Positions 1 to 10,461 of a stretch of 64,000 nucleotides of DNA are shown here, piece after piece (position 1 is the first letter of the stretch; each line of letters opens with the position of its first letter). Below the pieces are notes generated by a model. It did no database searches. It saw nothing but the letters and a program-made list of their open reading frames with translations, and was not told the origin of the DNA. The translations under genes and the position numbers were made by a program. Where the stretch lies: assembly GCA_965203805.1 (NCBI GenBank), contig OZ241917.1, forward strand, positions 4,800,001 through 4,864,000, in the 5' to 3' direction. The DNA is from Candidatus Latescibacterota bacterium (GTDB lineage Bacteria > Latescibacterota > UBA2968 > GCA-2709665).

Positions 1-410
1 TTCAGATTTCCGCACAGACCCTGAAGACCATACGAAGCATCATGCTGGATGTCGTCGAGGATCCGTACGGCACAGGAAAACGCGCCAGGGTGGAAGGGGT
101 ACGGGTGGCGGGTAAGACCGGTACGGCACAAAATTCTCACGGTGAGGATCACGCCTGGTTCACCGCCCTTGCGCCGGCGCACTATCCGGAAATCGTGGTC
201 GCCGTTGTGGTCGAAAACGCGGGCCATGGCGGCGCGGTTGCCGCTCCGATCGCGGGGCGGGTTCTTGAGACGTACTTCGACCTGACGCGGCCGGAACAAA
301 AGACGGACATTCTCGTCGCCAAGCGCGTCGAGAACGAACAACCACCTGAAGCGAACGACTCCGAACCGGCCCCGGCGGGGAGCACAACGCCCGCGATCAT
401 CTTGAGATAA
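1..410 (+). CDS. mrdA: Penicillin-binding protein 2, C-terminal part (truncated by window edge)
   Basis: KTG transpeptidase motif (AGKTGTAQN), HAWF and GHGG..AAPI motifs; directly upstream of rodA. Confidence 0.9.
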   Translation, partial: QISAQTLKTIRSIMLDVVEDPYGTGKRARVEGVRVAGKTGTAQNSHGEDHAWFTALAPAHYPEIVVAVVVENAGHGGAVAAPIAGRVLETYFDLTRPEQKTDILVAKRVENEQPPEANDSEPAPAGSTTPAIILR

Positions 411-474
411 CCGGCGCCCAATTCACAAGTTCAAACCGGCATTGACCGAATTGAGTTAAATCAGGAATCTACGC

Positions 475-1695
475 GTGGTCCTATCCCGTCTCTTCAAACA
501 GGAATTCGATTTGCCGCTGTTGCTTTCGGTTGCCCTTGCCATGCTGTTCGGCATTGGTGCGATTTACAGCGCCACGTACAGCTGGGAACACGGCGCCGCC
601 AGCAGGATCTACGAAAGGCAGGTCATCTGGAGCGCGGTTGCCGTTGCCGCCCTGTTTCTCACCCTGTTCGTCCCGCCGAAATATTATTATGCCTTTGCAT
701 ATATTCTCTATGGCATCTCAATCTGTCTGCTGATTCTGGTTCTACTGTTCGGGGATCAACGCTGGTTCGATCTGGGTCCGTTTTATATGCAGCCGTCGGA
801 ACTGGCGAAAATAGCAACCATTCTTGCCCTGGCAAGGTACCTTTCGACGCGCAACCTCGACCTGGACCGGCCCCGCTCACTGGTCACGCCTTTTCTTCTG
901 GTCCTGCTACCGGCGGTTCTGGTATTCAAGCAGCCCGACCTGGGCACCGCGCTGGTGTTCATCTCCGTACTCCTGCCCATGTTCTATTGGGCCGGCATGA
1001 GGCCTGTCGTGCTGTTTTTTATGATTTCCCCATTCCTGAGCGTGATCTGCGCCTTCCACTACGCAGCGCTTGTTGTCCTGGTTCTGGCAATTGCGGGCGT
1101 TGTATTTCTGGTTCGACCGGGCCGGTTGATGGTTGGCGCTATTGTCGTGGTCAATCTCGCGGTCGCGGTCGGCGCGCCTTATCTCTGGGAGAACAAGCTG
1201 CACGACTATCAGCGCCGACGGATTCTGACCTTTTTGAATCCGGACATGGACAAACTGGGCGCGGGCTACCAGGTCATGCAATCCAAGGTGGCGATCGGTT
1301 CGGGCGGCCTCAACGGCAAAGGATACCTGCAGGGTACCCAGACCAGACTCTCCTTCCTTCCCGAACAACACACCGACTTTGTATTTTCCGTAATCGGCGA
1401 GGAGTTCGGATTCGCCGGCGCGACAATCGTACTCGCTATGTTTCTCCTGATCATCTGGCGCGCCATCCATATCGCGGGCCTTGCCAAGAGCCGTTTTTCG
1501 AGTCTCGTAGCCATTGGTCTGGCCGCCATGCTGACGTTTCACGTTTTTGTCAATATAGGCATGACCGTCGGCGTGGTGCCGGTTACCGGTCTGCCGCTGC
1601 CGTATTTCAGCTACGGCGGCTCTCAGCTCGTTGTCAATCTGATCCTCGCCGGACTGCTGCTCAACATCTATGCCTACAGGCACGAATATCATTAA
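475..1695 (+). CDS. rodA: Rod shape-determining protein RodA (SEDS family)
   Basis: QPSELAK, QPDLGTA, GSGG..GKG, FLPEQHTDF and VTGLPLP..SYGGS motifs; multi-TM protein following PBP2. Confidence 0.95.
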   Translation: MVLSRLFKQEFDLPLLLSVALAMLFGIGAIYSATYSWEHGAASRIYERQVIWSAVAVAALFLTLFVPPKYYYAFAYILYGISICLLILVLLFGDQRWFDLGPFYMQPSELAKIATILALARYLSTRNLDLDRPRSLVTPFLLVLLPAVLVFKQPDLGTALVFISVLLPMFYWAGMRPVVLFFMISPFLSVICAFHYAALVVLVLAIAGVVFLVRPGRLMVGAIVVVNLAVAVGAPYLWENKLHDYQRRRILTFLNPDMDKLGAGYQVMQSKVAIGSGGLNGKGYLQGTQTRLSFLPEQHTDFVFSVIGEEFGFAGATIVLAMFLLIIWRAIHIAGLAKSRFSSLVAIGLAAMLTFHVFVNIGMTVGVVPVTGLPLPYFSYGGSQLVVNLILAGLLLNIYAYRHEYH

Positions 1696-1724
1696 AGGGC
1701 GCCCGACATTCCTGTTTTCCGCAT

Positions 1725-1754
1725 GCAAAAGGCGACCGAAAGGTCGCCTTTTGC
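1725..1754. terminator. Bidirectional intrinsic terminator between convergent rodA and dnaE
   Basis: GCAAAAGGCGACC-GAAA-GGTCGCCTTTTGC, a perfect hairpin with A and T tracts. Confidence 0.8.
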
Positions 1755-1846
1755 GTTGTCCCTCGAGAGGCGTGCGCCTACGCCGGAAAATGAGAGCAGG
1801 TTTTCTGAAACGCCGGACGGCATCCGCACGTTGATCGTTCGCGCGC

Positions 1847-4800
1847 TCAGGACTTCTGGGATACCCAGGCGCGCCGTTCTCCCAGAAACGCGCCAATCTC
1901 CGAGAACAACGCGTCAGACGGCGACACGGTAAGCGCCCGGGATCGAATGACCTTTGTTTCTCCGTTGCCCAGTTCAAGGTGCAGATACACCGTGCACCCG
2001 CCCCGGTGACCCATCAGCAACGTCTTCAGCTGTTCCAGCGGCTCCGGGTCCAGCATCTCGGCTGGGAGTTTTACGTTCAGTGTGTCCGCAAGCGTCTCCC
2101 TCGCGTGCTCCATCGCCAGAACCTCTTCCACGACCAGCGACTGTCGCCCATTGCGTCCGGAAAGCCTGCCCTGTACCACCACCATCGCGTCGGCGACAAA
2201 CGCAGCCTTGACTTTTTCAAATGCATCGGGAAACACCACCAGATCCATGGCGCCATCGAGGTCCTCAATGGTGCCGAACGCCATCGGACGTCCGTTTCGA
2301 TCGGTATGCGATCTCGTTTCGGAAATCAGCCCCCCGAGTTTCACATCCGCACCCTCCGGCAATTCACCGGCATCCTGCGACGAACGGATGCCCAGCGCAA
2401 TCAGATCCGTGAGGTACCTTTCCAAAGGGTGCCCGGAGAGATAGAATCCAAGCATGTCCTTTTCGTGCGCGAGCCGCTCGGGCTCCGTCCACTCCGGCTC
2501 ATCGGGAAGTACATGGTTGTTGATTACTGCCGTCTGGTCCGCGAGGACTTCCATATCGAAGAGTGAAATCTGACGTCGCTGCCGCGCTGCCTGCGCGGAC
2601 TGGCCCGCGTCCAGAGCCCGGTCGAGACCCTCCAGGAGTTGCGCCCGATGCCCCGAAAGACAATCCATCGCTCCGGCCCGGATCAGGCTCTCGATGGCGC
2701 GGCGGTTTACCGCGCGCAAGTCCACGCGTTCACAGAACTCGAACAGGGAATGAAACGGTCCGTCGGTTTCACGCGCACCCACAATGGCCTCGACCGCACC
2801 GCGGCCCACGTTTCGTACGGCCGCCATCCCCATCCGAATCGCCGTTTCCGAAGCCACAAAGTCCACGTAGGAAGTGTTCACATCGGGCGGCAGGACCTCC
2901 AGCTTCATCCTCCGGCATTCTTCAATCACGACCACCATTCGTTCGATGTTGCCGATCTCGCCATTCAGGCTGGCAGCCATGTATTCCTGAGGATAATTCG
3001 CCTTGAGGAAGGCGTTCCGGTACGCCACAACCGCATATGCCGCGGCGTGTGCTTTAGGAAAGGCGTACCCGGCGAACACTTCGATATTGGCGAAGATTTT
3101 TTGCGCCAGTTTCCGGTCCACCCCGTGTGAATCGCATCCCCCGATGAACGCGTCTTTCTGTCGCGCCATCTCCTCGGGTTTCTTTTTGCCCATCGCATCG
3201 CGCAGGATATCGGCCTGCCCGAGACTGAACCCGGCCAGGACCTGCACACTCTGCATTACCTGTTCCTGGTAGACCATGATTCCATAGGTTTCTTTCAGGA
3301 TGGGTTCCAGCTTCGGATGGTCGTAGGCCACCTCTTGCTTCCCGTGCTTGCGCGCGATGAAATTCGGAATGTGTTGCATCGGCCCCGGGCGATAGAGCGC
3401 ATTCATGGCGATGATGTCATCGATACAGTCGGGCTTCAGCTGCACGAGGTATTCCCGCATTCCCGGGCTTTCGAACTGAAACACGCCCACGGTGTCGCCG
3501 CGACCGAACAGGTCAAGGGTTTTTCTGTCGTCTTCGGGAATTTTCTCAAGGTCGAATTCCGGCTCTTTCGTCCTGATCAGGTCCACAGTCTCGTCCGCAA
3601 GCGAAAGCTCCTTAAGGCCCAGAAAATCCATCTTCAGAAGCCCGATATCCTCGCAGGTCGGTCCGTCGAACTGGGTGGTCACCTTGCCGTCTCTAGGGGA
3701 CTTGTAAAGCGGCACGAACTTCGTCAGATCATCGGGTGCGATAATTACGGCCGCCGCGTGTACCGAAGCGTGACGCGCCAGTCCCTCCAGGGCCCGCGCG
3801 TGCCGGATCAACTGCGCCTCTCCGCCGCCGCCGTCGGCCATTTCCTTGAGTTCGGGCACCTGTTGTATCGCCTTGTCCAGTGTCATTTTCAGATCGTTGG
3901 GCACCAGCTTGGCGATACGATCGACCTCACCAAACGGCATATCGTGAACGCGGCCCACGTCGCGGATTGCCGCCTTCGCTTTCAATGTACCGAACGTGAT
4001 AATCTGGCAGACGTTGTTTTCTCCGTATTTTTCCGACACGTACCTGATCACCTGGTCGCGTTTCTTGTCGGAAAAATCGATATCGATATCCGGCAGACTC
4101 AGACGCTTCGGGTTCAGGAACCGCTCGAACAGCAGGTTGTATTTCATCGGATCCAGGTCGGTTATGCGCAGTGAATACGCCACCAGGCTACCGGCGCAGG
4201 AACCCCGCCCGGGCCCCACCGAGATTCCGTGTTCCTTCGCGTATTTGACATAGTCCCATACGATCAGGAAGTATCCGGCCAAGCCCATTTCCACGATAAG
4301 GTCAAGTTCGAATTCCAGGCGGTTCCGGAACTCCTGCGGCACGGAATCGAACCGACTGTGCAGGCCCTGCCGCGCCAGATGTTTGAGGTATTCGTCCGCC
4401 GTGGGGAATTTCGCGGGCAGCGGAAATTCCGGTGCGAGGTAATTCCCGAACGCGAATTCTATATTGCACTTCTCCGCGATCTCGAGAGTCCGCTCGAGCG
4501 CATGCGGCAGGTCCGAAAACAGCGAGTACATCTCGTCCGCTGTCTTGAAATAGACGTTTGTCGGATAACACATCCTGCCGGGGTCCTTCAGCGTCTTGCC
4601 AGTCTGTAGCGCCACGAGAACGGCGTGGGCCTCATGATCGTCGGCTCCCAGAAAATGGGAGTCGTTCGTCGCCACGAGCGGAACCCCCATTTCCGAGTGA
4701 ATCCGAATCAGCCCTTCGTTTATACGGGGCTCCCTGTCGATGCCGTGCCGCTGAATCTCCAGGTAGTAATCTTCGCCGAAAATATCCAGGTATTCTTCCA

Positions 4801-5281
4801 CCGCGGCCATGGCGGCAGGAACGCCTTCACGCTCGATCAGATGAGGCACCTCGCCGCTCACGCATCCGGAGAGGCAGACCAGGCCCTCCGAGTGTTCCCT
4901 CAACAGGTCCTTATCGATCCTCGGATGATAGTAGAACCCTTCCATGTAACCGGCGGAAACCAGCTTGACGAGGTTGGTATATCCGCGCGCGTTCTTCGCC
5001 AGCAGCACCAGGTGGTTCGAACCGCTGGGGACGCCCCGTGCCGGTTTTTTCTCCAACCTGCTTTCGATCGCGCAATAGACCTCGCATCCGATAATCGGCT
5101 TCACGTCCACCGCTTTCATGGCGCGATAAAAGTCCACGGCGCCGAAGAGATTACCGTGGTCGGTAATGGCTGCCGCGGGCATCCCGTATTCGGCGGCCCT
5201 CGCGGCGAGACTGTCAATCTTGCAGGCGCCATCCAGAAGGCTGTACATGCTGTGGCTGTGGAGGTGCACGAATTCGGCCAT
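1847..5281 (-). CDS. dnaE: DNA polymerase III alpha subunit
   Basis: PHP domain (HLHSHS.YSLLDG, TDHGN), GPGRGS, PDIDID and LLKMDFLG motifs, C-terminal OB fold; 1144 aa. Confidence 0.97.
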   Translation of the reverse strand: MAEFVHLHSHSMYSLLDGACKIDSLAARAAEYGMPAAAITDHGNLFGAVDFYRAMKAVDVKPIIGCEVYCAIESRLEKKPARGVPSGSNHLVLLAKNARGYTNLVKLVSAGYMEGFYYHPRIDKDLLREHSEGLVCLSGCVSGEVPHLIEREGVPAAMAAVEEYLDIFGEDYYLEIQRHGIDREPRINEGLIRIHSEMGVPLVATNDSHFLGADDHEAHAVLVALQTGKTLKDPGRMCYPTNVYFKTADEMYSLFSDLPHALERTLEIAEKCNIEFAFGNYLAPEFPLPAKFPTADEYLKHLARQGLHSRFDSVPQEFRNRLEFELDLIVEMGLAGYFLIVWDYVKYAKEHGISVGPGRGSCAGSLVAYSLRITDLDPMKYNLLFERFLNPKRLSLPDIDIDFSDKKRDQVIRYVSEKYGENNVCQIITFGTLKAKAAIRDVGRVHDMPFGEVDRIAKLVPNDLKMTLDKAIQQVPELKEMADGGGGEAQLIRHARALEGLARHASVHAAAVIIAPDDLTKFVPLYKSPRDGKVTTQFDGPTCEDIGLLKMDFLGLKELSLADETVDLIRTKEPEFDLEKIPEDDRKTLDLFGRGDTVGVFQFESPGMREYLVQLKPDCIDDIIAMNALYRPGPMQHIPNFIARKHGKQEVAYDHPKLEPILKETYGIMVYQEQVMQSVQVLAGFSLGQADILRDAMGKKKPEEMARQKDAFIGGCDSHGVDRKLAQKIFANIEVFAGYAFPKAHAAAYAVVAYRNAFLKANYPQEYMAASLNGEIGNIERMVVVIEECRRMKLEVLPPDVNTSYVDFVASETAIRMGMAAVRNVGRGAVEAIVGARETDGPFHSLFEFCERVDLRAVNRRAIESLIRAGAMDCLSGHRAQLLEGLDRALDAGQSAQAARQRRQISLFDMEVLADQTAVINNHVLPDEPEWTEPERLAHEKDMLGFYLSGHPLERYLTDLIALGIRSSQDAGELPEGADVKLGGLISETRSHTDRNGRPMAFGTIEDLDGAMDLVVFPDAFEKVKAAFVADAMVVVQGRLSGRNGRQSLVVEEVLAMEHARETLADTLNVKLPAEMLDPEPLEQLKTLLMGHRGGCTVYLHLELGNGETKVIRSRALTVSPSDALFSEIGAFLGERRAWVSQKS

Positions 5282-5623
5282 GGAGGGACGCTCCGAATGC
5301 GTTGTTCGAAAGAGCCTTGATAAGGAAAGAAATGCGCCGCCTGGGGAAAGCGGGGAACATCCGGGGGGATTGCGGAATTCAGATTCGCGCGGGCGTCGTT
5401 AACGCGGCCGGCACGGACTTCCCGGAAACGGAACAATCTTACTTCCGGCCCGCCCAAAAGTCAAGCGGCAGATTGACAGGACGCTGGACGGCCTGCAACC
5501 CGGAGGGAGCGGGCACGCGAAAAGGGCGTTTTCCGTTGAACTTTTGGCGCCATTGGGTTATTTTGTCTTGACTCCGGGAGTGGACGTGAACACGACCGCC
5601 CCGGACGGAGGCAACTGTTCTTT

Positions 5624-6904
5624 ATGTCCAATTCCCTTGAAATCCTCCCGCTCCGCCGTCCCGTCGACGCGGAGGTGTCGATCCCCGGCTCCAAGTCGTA
5701 CACCAACCGGGCGTTGTTGATCGCGGCGCTGGCCGACGGGCGGAGCCGTCTTACGGGCACACTCGAAAGCGATGACACGAGATATATGGGCGACGCGCTC
5801 TCAGCTCTCGGCGTCGACGTCCGGGTCGAAGCCGACGACACACTCATTGTCCATGGCACGGACGGCCGCATCCCCGTCTCGAATGCGAAACTCTTCGTTG
5901 GGAACTCCGGAACCGCCACACGGTTTCTCACGGCCTACCTCGCGCTGGGTAATGGCGCCTACACGCTGGATGGAGCGCAGCGCATGAGAGAGCGGCCGAT
6001 CCAGGACCTGATCGACAGCCTGGGACAGTTGGGGGTTCGTGCGCGGAGCCTGGCCGGAAACGGTTGCCCGCCTGTCGTCGTTGACGGATCGGGTCTTGAG
6101 GGCGGGCGCACCAGGATGCATGGAGACCGCAGCAGCCAGTATCTCTCCGCCCTTCTCATGGTCGCGCCGTATGCGCGGAAGGACGTTGAGATCCACGTTG
6201 CCGGCAACCTCGTATCCAGGCCCTACATCGACATGACCGTTCGCATCATGGGGGACTTCGGCGTCAGCGCCGTCGCGGAACACGATAACGTCTTCCGCGT
6301 GGAAGCGGGACAGCGATATGAAGCCGCCGAATATGACATCGAACCGGATGCCTCCAACGCATCTTATTTCTTCGCCGCGGCTGCGCTTACAGGCGGCCGG
6401 ATCAGGGTCCGCAACCTTTCCTCGCAGTCCGCGCAAGGGGACGTGGGATTCGTGGATGTACTGGGGCATATGGGCTGCACGGTCAGCAGCCGCCCGGATG
6501 GCATTGAAGTCCGAGGCCCCGAGAGGCTCTCCGGCATTGATGTCGACATGAACGCGATGCCCGACGTGGTTCAGACCCTTTGCGCCATCGCCCCTTTCGC
6601 CTCCGGGCCGGTCACGGCCCGTAACATCGCCAACCTGCGCATCAAGGAGACCGACCGCATCGCGGCAGTCGCGGCTGAGCTGACCAGACTGGGGGTCCGC
6701 GCAATCCCCCGGGCCGATTCGCTGACGGTCTATCCCGCCGAGCGCATCCGCCCTGCCGCCCTCGACACGTACGACGATCACCGGATGGCCATGAGCATGG
6801 CGTTGATCGGCCTGAAAGCGCCTGGTATCGCAATCCGGGAGCCCGGCTGCGTCGAAAAGTCCTTTCCGGCGTACTTTCAGTGCCTGGACGCGCTCAGGCA
6901 ATAG
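5624..6904 (+). CDS. aroA: 3-phosphoshikimate 1-carboxyvinyltransferase
   Basis: PGSKSYTNR, GNSGT..RF, SSQY, RIKETDR and DDHRMAM motifs. Confidence 0.96.
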   Translation: MSNSLEILPLRRPVDAEVSIPGSKSYTNRALLIAALADGRSRLTGTLESDDTRYMGDALSALGVDVRVEADDTLIVHGTDGRIPVSNAKLFVGNSGTATRFLTAYLALGNGAYTLDGAQRMRERPIQDLIDSLGQLGVRARSLAGNGCPPVVVDGSGLEGGRTRMHGDRSSQYLSALLMVAPYARKDVEIHVAGNLVSRPYIDMTVRIMGDFGVSAVAEHDNVFRVEAGQRYEAAEYDIEPDASNASYFFAAAALTGGRIRVRNLSSQSAQGDVGFVDVLGHMGCTVSSRPDGIEVRGPERLSGIDVDMNAMPDVVQTLCAIAPFASGPVTARNIANLRIKETDRIAAVAAELTRLGVRAIPRADSLTVYPAERIRPAALDTYDDHRMAMSMALIGLKAPGIAIREPGCVEKSFPAYFQCLDALRQ

Positions 6905-6931
6905 CACGAAAGCACAGGTCCTCCCATTCTC

Positions 6932-7807
6932 TCAGCGCCTACGCCTCCGGCCTTTTCCTCCTGTATCGTCTCCCCGGCGCGCCCGCTCGCGCTCCAGAAT
7001 TCTTTTCTTGATTGCCTGAAACCGGTGAGAATCCCTGACCAGGCCCGTTTTGGCGGGCAGACCACCGATCTGCGCCCGAACGTTCTCAAACCGCTCACTG
7101 CTGGGGGGATGGGTGGAGAAAAGCGCCTGCAACATCCCGGGCTCCTTCTCCCGCATCGCCATCAGCTTTTCGAAAAACGTGGCCATACCCTCCGGATCGA
7201 TGCCCGCCGCGTAGGTCGCGGCGACCGCGAACCGGTCCGCCTCGCGCTCCGCGTCGCGTCCGTATCTCAATTGTCCGACGCCCGTAGAAACAGCGGCGAC
7301 CTGTTTCAGCACGCGACGCTTCACTGACGCGTCCTCTCCGCCCAGGGTCGCGTCGATTACCACTGCGGCGCCAAACTGCCTGCTGATCGCCCGCGCGCCG
7401 TGTTTTCCATCCACGTGGCCGATTTCGTGGCCGACGACCCCTGCAAGTTCAGACTCATTCTCCGCGGTTGTAATCAGGCCCCGGTTCACGTACAGCCAAC
7501 CGCCCGGAAGCGCGAACGCATTTACATCATCCGTATCCACGACCTTGAAATAGTAGGTCAGGTCCGTGCGGCCGGAATGCCGAGCCAGCATCCGGCCAAG
7601 CTCGTGAATGTACGCGTTCACGACGGGGTCGTGGTAGAGCCTCAGGTCGCGCTCGATCTCCTGTGCCGCCTGCCGGCCGATCTCGACTTCCTGTTCTGTA
7701 CTCAATATATTGAATCGGCCCACCGCCGCGCAGGACACAATCGATACAGTCAGGCACACAGCGATCAGAGGACGCAAGTCAGGGTTTCGCATCATTTTCA
7801 GCATCAC
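6932..7807 (-). CDS. M48 family Zn metalloprotease, probable lipoprotein (BepA/YfgC-like)
   Basis: NAFALPGG, HEIGH zinc motif, EREAD and STHP motifs; lipobox-like IVSC. Confidence 0.88.
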   Translation of the reverse strand: MMLKMMRNPDLRPLIAVCLTVSIVSCAAVGRFNILSTEQEVEIGRQAAQEIERDLRLYHDPVVNAYIHELGRMLARHSGRTDLTYYFKVVDTDDVNAFALPGGWLYVNRGLITTAENESELAGVVGHEIGHVDGKHGARAISRQFGAAVVIDATLGGEDASVKRRVLKQVAAVSTGVGQLRYGRDAEREADRFAVAATYAAGIDPEGMATFFEKLMAMREKEPGMLQALFSTHPPSSERFENVRAQIGGLPAKTGLVRDSHRFQAIKKRILERERARRGDDTGGKGRRRRR

Positions 7808-8736
7808 CTGTCACGAGGCGAGGCGGGTCGCAAACCGTTATTCTCGACTTGCAGCGTTCCCCGGTTTCCATCCACGACAGCCGGGAGTCCGATTGGCAAA
7901 ACGCGCCGTCCGCGTCCGTGTCCGTACGGGAGTCCACAGAAGACCGGAGCGGCAACCGAAGTTGAAAAGTCGCGAAAAACGTCTTCCACGGTGCCTTCCT
8001 CTGCTCGTTCCGGTTCGCAGCCTTCGAACTGCCCGAATACCACACCGGCCGCGCGATCGAAGACACCCGCCATTCGGAGTTGCGTCAGCGTGCGGTCTAC
8101 CCGGTAGGGGGCCTCGTTCACGTCTTCCAGAAAGAGAAGCGCGCCATCGGTACTCGGCAGAAATCCGGTACCCGCGAGCGAGGCGACCACGGAGAGACAG
8201 CCGCCCATCAGTATCCCTTCCGCAGTTCGCCCACGTAGGGGCTCGATACCGGCGATTGCGTCGAAGCGCCCCGCCGTGAGTGCGTTCCAGAGAGATGTCT
8301 CCGTTGCTTCGGGCATTCCGGACGTCGCAACGTCTCCACACAACGTCACACCCGAGTAACTTACCATCCCGGTGCGGCGGTAAATGCCAAGTTGCAGCGC
8401 GGTCGTATCGCTGAACCCCACAATCGGCTTCGGAAACCTCCTGATCGACTCGTAGTCCAGCGATCCCAGTATCCGCGCGGCGCCGAATCCACCGCGGGAT
8501 ACAAAGATTGCCCGGACCTCGGGGTCGGCGAACATCGCGTTTATGTCCTTCGCCCTGGCCGGATCGTGCCCCGCCAGGTACCGGTCCCGATCGTAGACTG
8601 CCGAGCCGACGCGCACACGATACCCCCGTTCGCGCAGGTACCGAAGGCCCGGACGCAGTCGTTCCCGTTCGAACGATCCCGAAGGCGACACGACCCCAAT
8701 CAGATCACCACGTCGAATATAGGCTGGAACCACCAA
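7804..8736 (-). CDS. LD-carboxypeptidase (S66 family, LdcA-like); start uncertain
   Basis: SRGGFG, GFSD catalytic Ser, FLEDVNE and YGHG motifs. Confidence 0.88.
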   Translation of the reverse strand: MVVPAYIRRGDLIGVVSPSGSFERERLRPGLRYLRERGYRVRVGSAVYDRDRYLAGHDPARAKDINAMFADPEVRAIFVSRGGFGAARILGSLDYESIRRFPKPIVGFSDTTALQLGIYRRTGMVSYSGVTLCGDVATSGMPEATETSLWNALTAGRFDAIAGIEPLRGRTAEGILMGGCLSVVASLAGTGFLPSTDGALLFLEDVNEAPYRVDRTLTQLRMAGVFDRAAGVVFGQFEGCEPERAEEGTVEDVFRDFSTSVAAPVFCGLPYGHGRGRRVLPIGLPAVVDGNRGTLQVENNGLRPASPRDR

Positions 8737-8794
8737 TAGACCTTCCCATCTGCATTTCGTGCGCCGACGAAGGAGGGCGGCCCGCGTCGGCATC

Positions 8795-10159
8795 TCAGGG
8801 TGCGAACGATCTCAATATGCCGTTGGCAAAATCCGTTAACGTGTCGTCGCGCGCCCCCATGATTACCACCCGGTCGCCAGGGCCCGCTTCTTCCACAAAC
8901 CAGCGTGCGACGTCCTCGCGCTCGTTGAAAAACGTCGCCTGAATATCCCGGGCTGAAATCGCCTCGATCAGGTCCCGGGAAGAAATATCGCGCACCGCTG
9001 TTCCGCCCGCGTAAAAAATCTCGGGCATTGCGAGCACGTCCCGTCTCTCGAGCCCTTCCGAGAAGGCGGAGATCAGCCCGTCTTTGAGAAACCGCGTCGG
9101 CGCGAATCCGGTGGGCTGAAACATCACCAGCAACCGCCCGGGTTGTTCCTTGAGCGTGGAGAGTGTGGCAGCAATCTTGTCGGGGTTGTGCGCGAAATCA
9201 TCGATCACCGTCACACCGCCGGCCGTGCCCAGTACCTGAAGGCGCCGCCGGATGCCGGCAAAGGTCGCCAGCGCGTCGGCCGATTGTGGAACGGGTACGC
9301 CCAGTGCGCTGCAGGCGGCTACGGCGGCGGCGGCATTCGAGACATTGTGCCTGCCGGGCACCGCCAGGCGAAACACGACTTCATCGACTTCGAACGCCAC
9401 ACCGTCGGGCAATGGCCGGACCCGTTCCGCGCAGAACTGCGCACGCCGGTTTTCCACGCCAAATCCGATGCCCCCCACGCCCAATGCCATGGATGACTCA
9501 CAGTCCATGTTGATGACGGCAGCCCGGCGGGCTTTCCGCACGAATCCACGAAACATCCCGCACAGTTCCGGAAGCGGCTTGTGATCTTCAGAAATATTGG
9601 TCAGAACTGCAATGGAAGGCTCGTACAGGACAATCGTGCCGTCGCTTTCGTCCGCCTCGATCACATGCAGGCCCGGGTCGCCGCAGATGGCGTTCCCCGT
9701 CAGCGACGGCGACTCATTCAGGAGGGCGCCCCCGAGAATAGCGGTGGGATTCCGGCCCACGCGCTTCAGAATGTGACCGATCATGCCCGCAACCGTCGTT
9801 TTTCCGCTCGTGCCGCCAACGGCGATCCCCTCCGCTCGGTTGAACAGTTCCGCCAGCACCTCCGCACGCTTTCTGACGGGAATCCGCAGGCGCATCGCGG
9901 CCCGCACGTCGGGAATGTGTTCTTCCACCGCCGCCGACACGATCAGTTCGCCCACGGCTTTGTCCACGCCCGACCCATCCTGGGGGAATAGCGCGATGCC
10001 CCGCGCCCGGAGCTGTTCGAAGAGTTCCGGGTTCTGACCGCGGTCCCGGCTGCGGTCGGATCCGCGCACCGTGCGACCCTGGTGCCGCAGTACCTGCGCC
10101 AGCGCGCTCATCCCGCTTCCTCCGATCCCACAGAAAAAAACCGACTTCCCGGCCGTCAC
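8795..10159 (-). CDS. MurC/Mpl-like UDP-MurNAc amino-acid or peptide ligase
   Basis: GIGGSGMS, GTSGKTT, EADESD and DDFAHNP motifs; GTG start after AAAGGAG. Confidence 0.85.
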   Translation of the reverse strand: MTAGKSVFFCGIGGSGMSALAQVLRHQGRTVRGSDRSRDRGQNPELFEQLRARGIALFPQDGSGVDKAVGELIVSAAVEEHIPDVRAAMRLRIPVRKRAEVLAELFNRAEGIAVGGTSGKTTVAGMIGHILKRVGRNPTAILGGALLNESPSLTGNAICGDPGLHVIEADESDGTIVLYEPSIAVLTNISEDHKPLPELCGMFRGFVRKARRAAVINMDCESSMALGVGGIGFGVENRRAQFCAERVRPLPDGVAFEVDEVVFRLAVPGRHNVSNAAAAVAACSALGVPVPQSADALATFAGIRRRLQVLGTAGGVTVIDDFAHNPDKIAATLSTLKEQPGRLLVMFQPTGFAPTRFLKDGLISAFSEGLERRDVLAMPEIFYAGGTAVRDISSRDLIEAISARDIQATFFNEREDVARWFVEEAGPGDRVVIMGARDDTLTDFANGILRSFAP

Positions 10160-10370
10160 GCCGTCTCCTTTCACGGCAGCATGGAAACGCACGGTCCCAA
10201 CCATACTAAAGACCGGCGTGCTGAATGTCAAGTGAACAAGAAAATCAAGGGAAATCCGAAACGAGGGTCTCTCCGTCGTCCTTCAGCAGCCGGCAGCGTC
10301 GATCCGATCGTCCGCCGGACGAGAGAATCCGCGCGTCGGTTCCCGGATTCGAATCGCGAGCCTTCTTCCA

Positions 10371-10399
10371 TTGACACACCGACACGTGTACAGTATATT
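10371..10399 (+). promoter_or_regulatory. Sigma70-type promoter
   Basis: TTGACA-N17-TATATT upstream of the 10462 CDS. Confidence 0.65.
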
Positions 10400-10461
10400 T
10401 TCGACTTCTGGTTCTGAAGCGAATTTAGCACGACAACCTCCTATTATACAAGGAGTTCTAC

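Noticed and set aside
1847-5281. Intein or split in dnaE
   Set aside because: Normal length with contiguous motifs; no intein signatures
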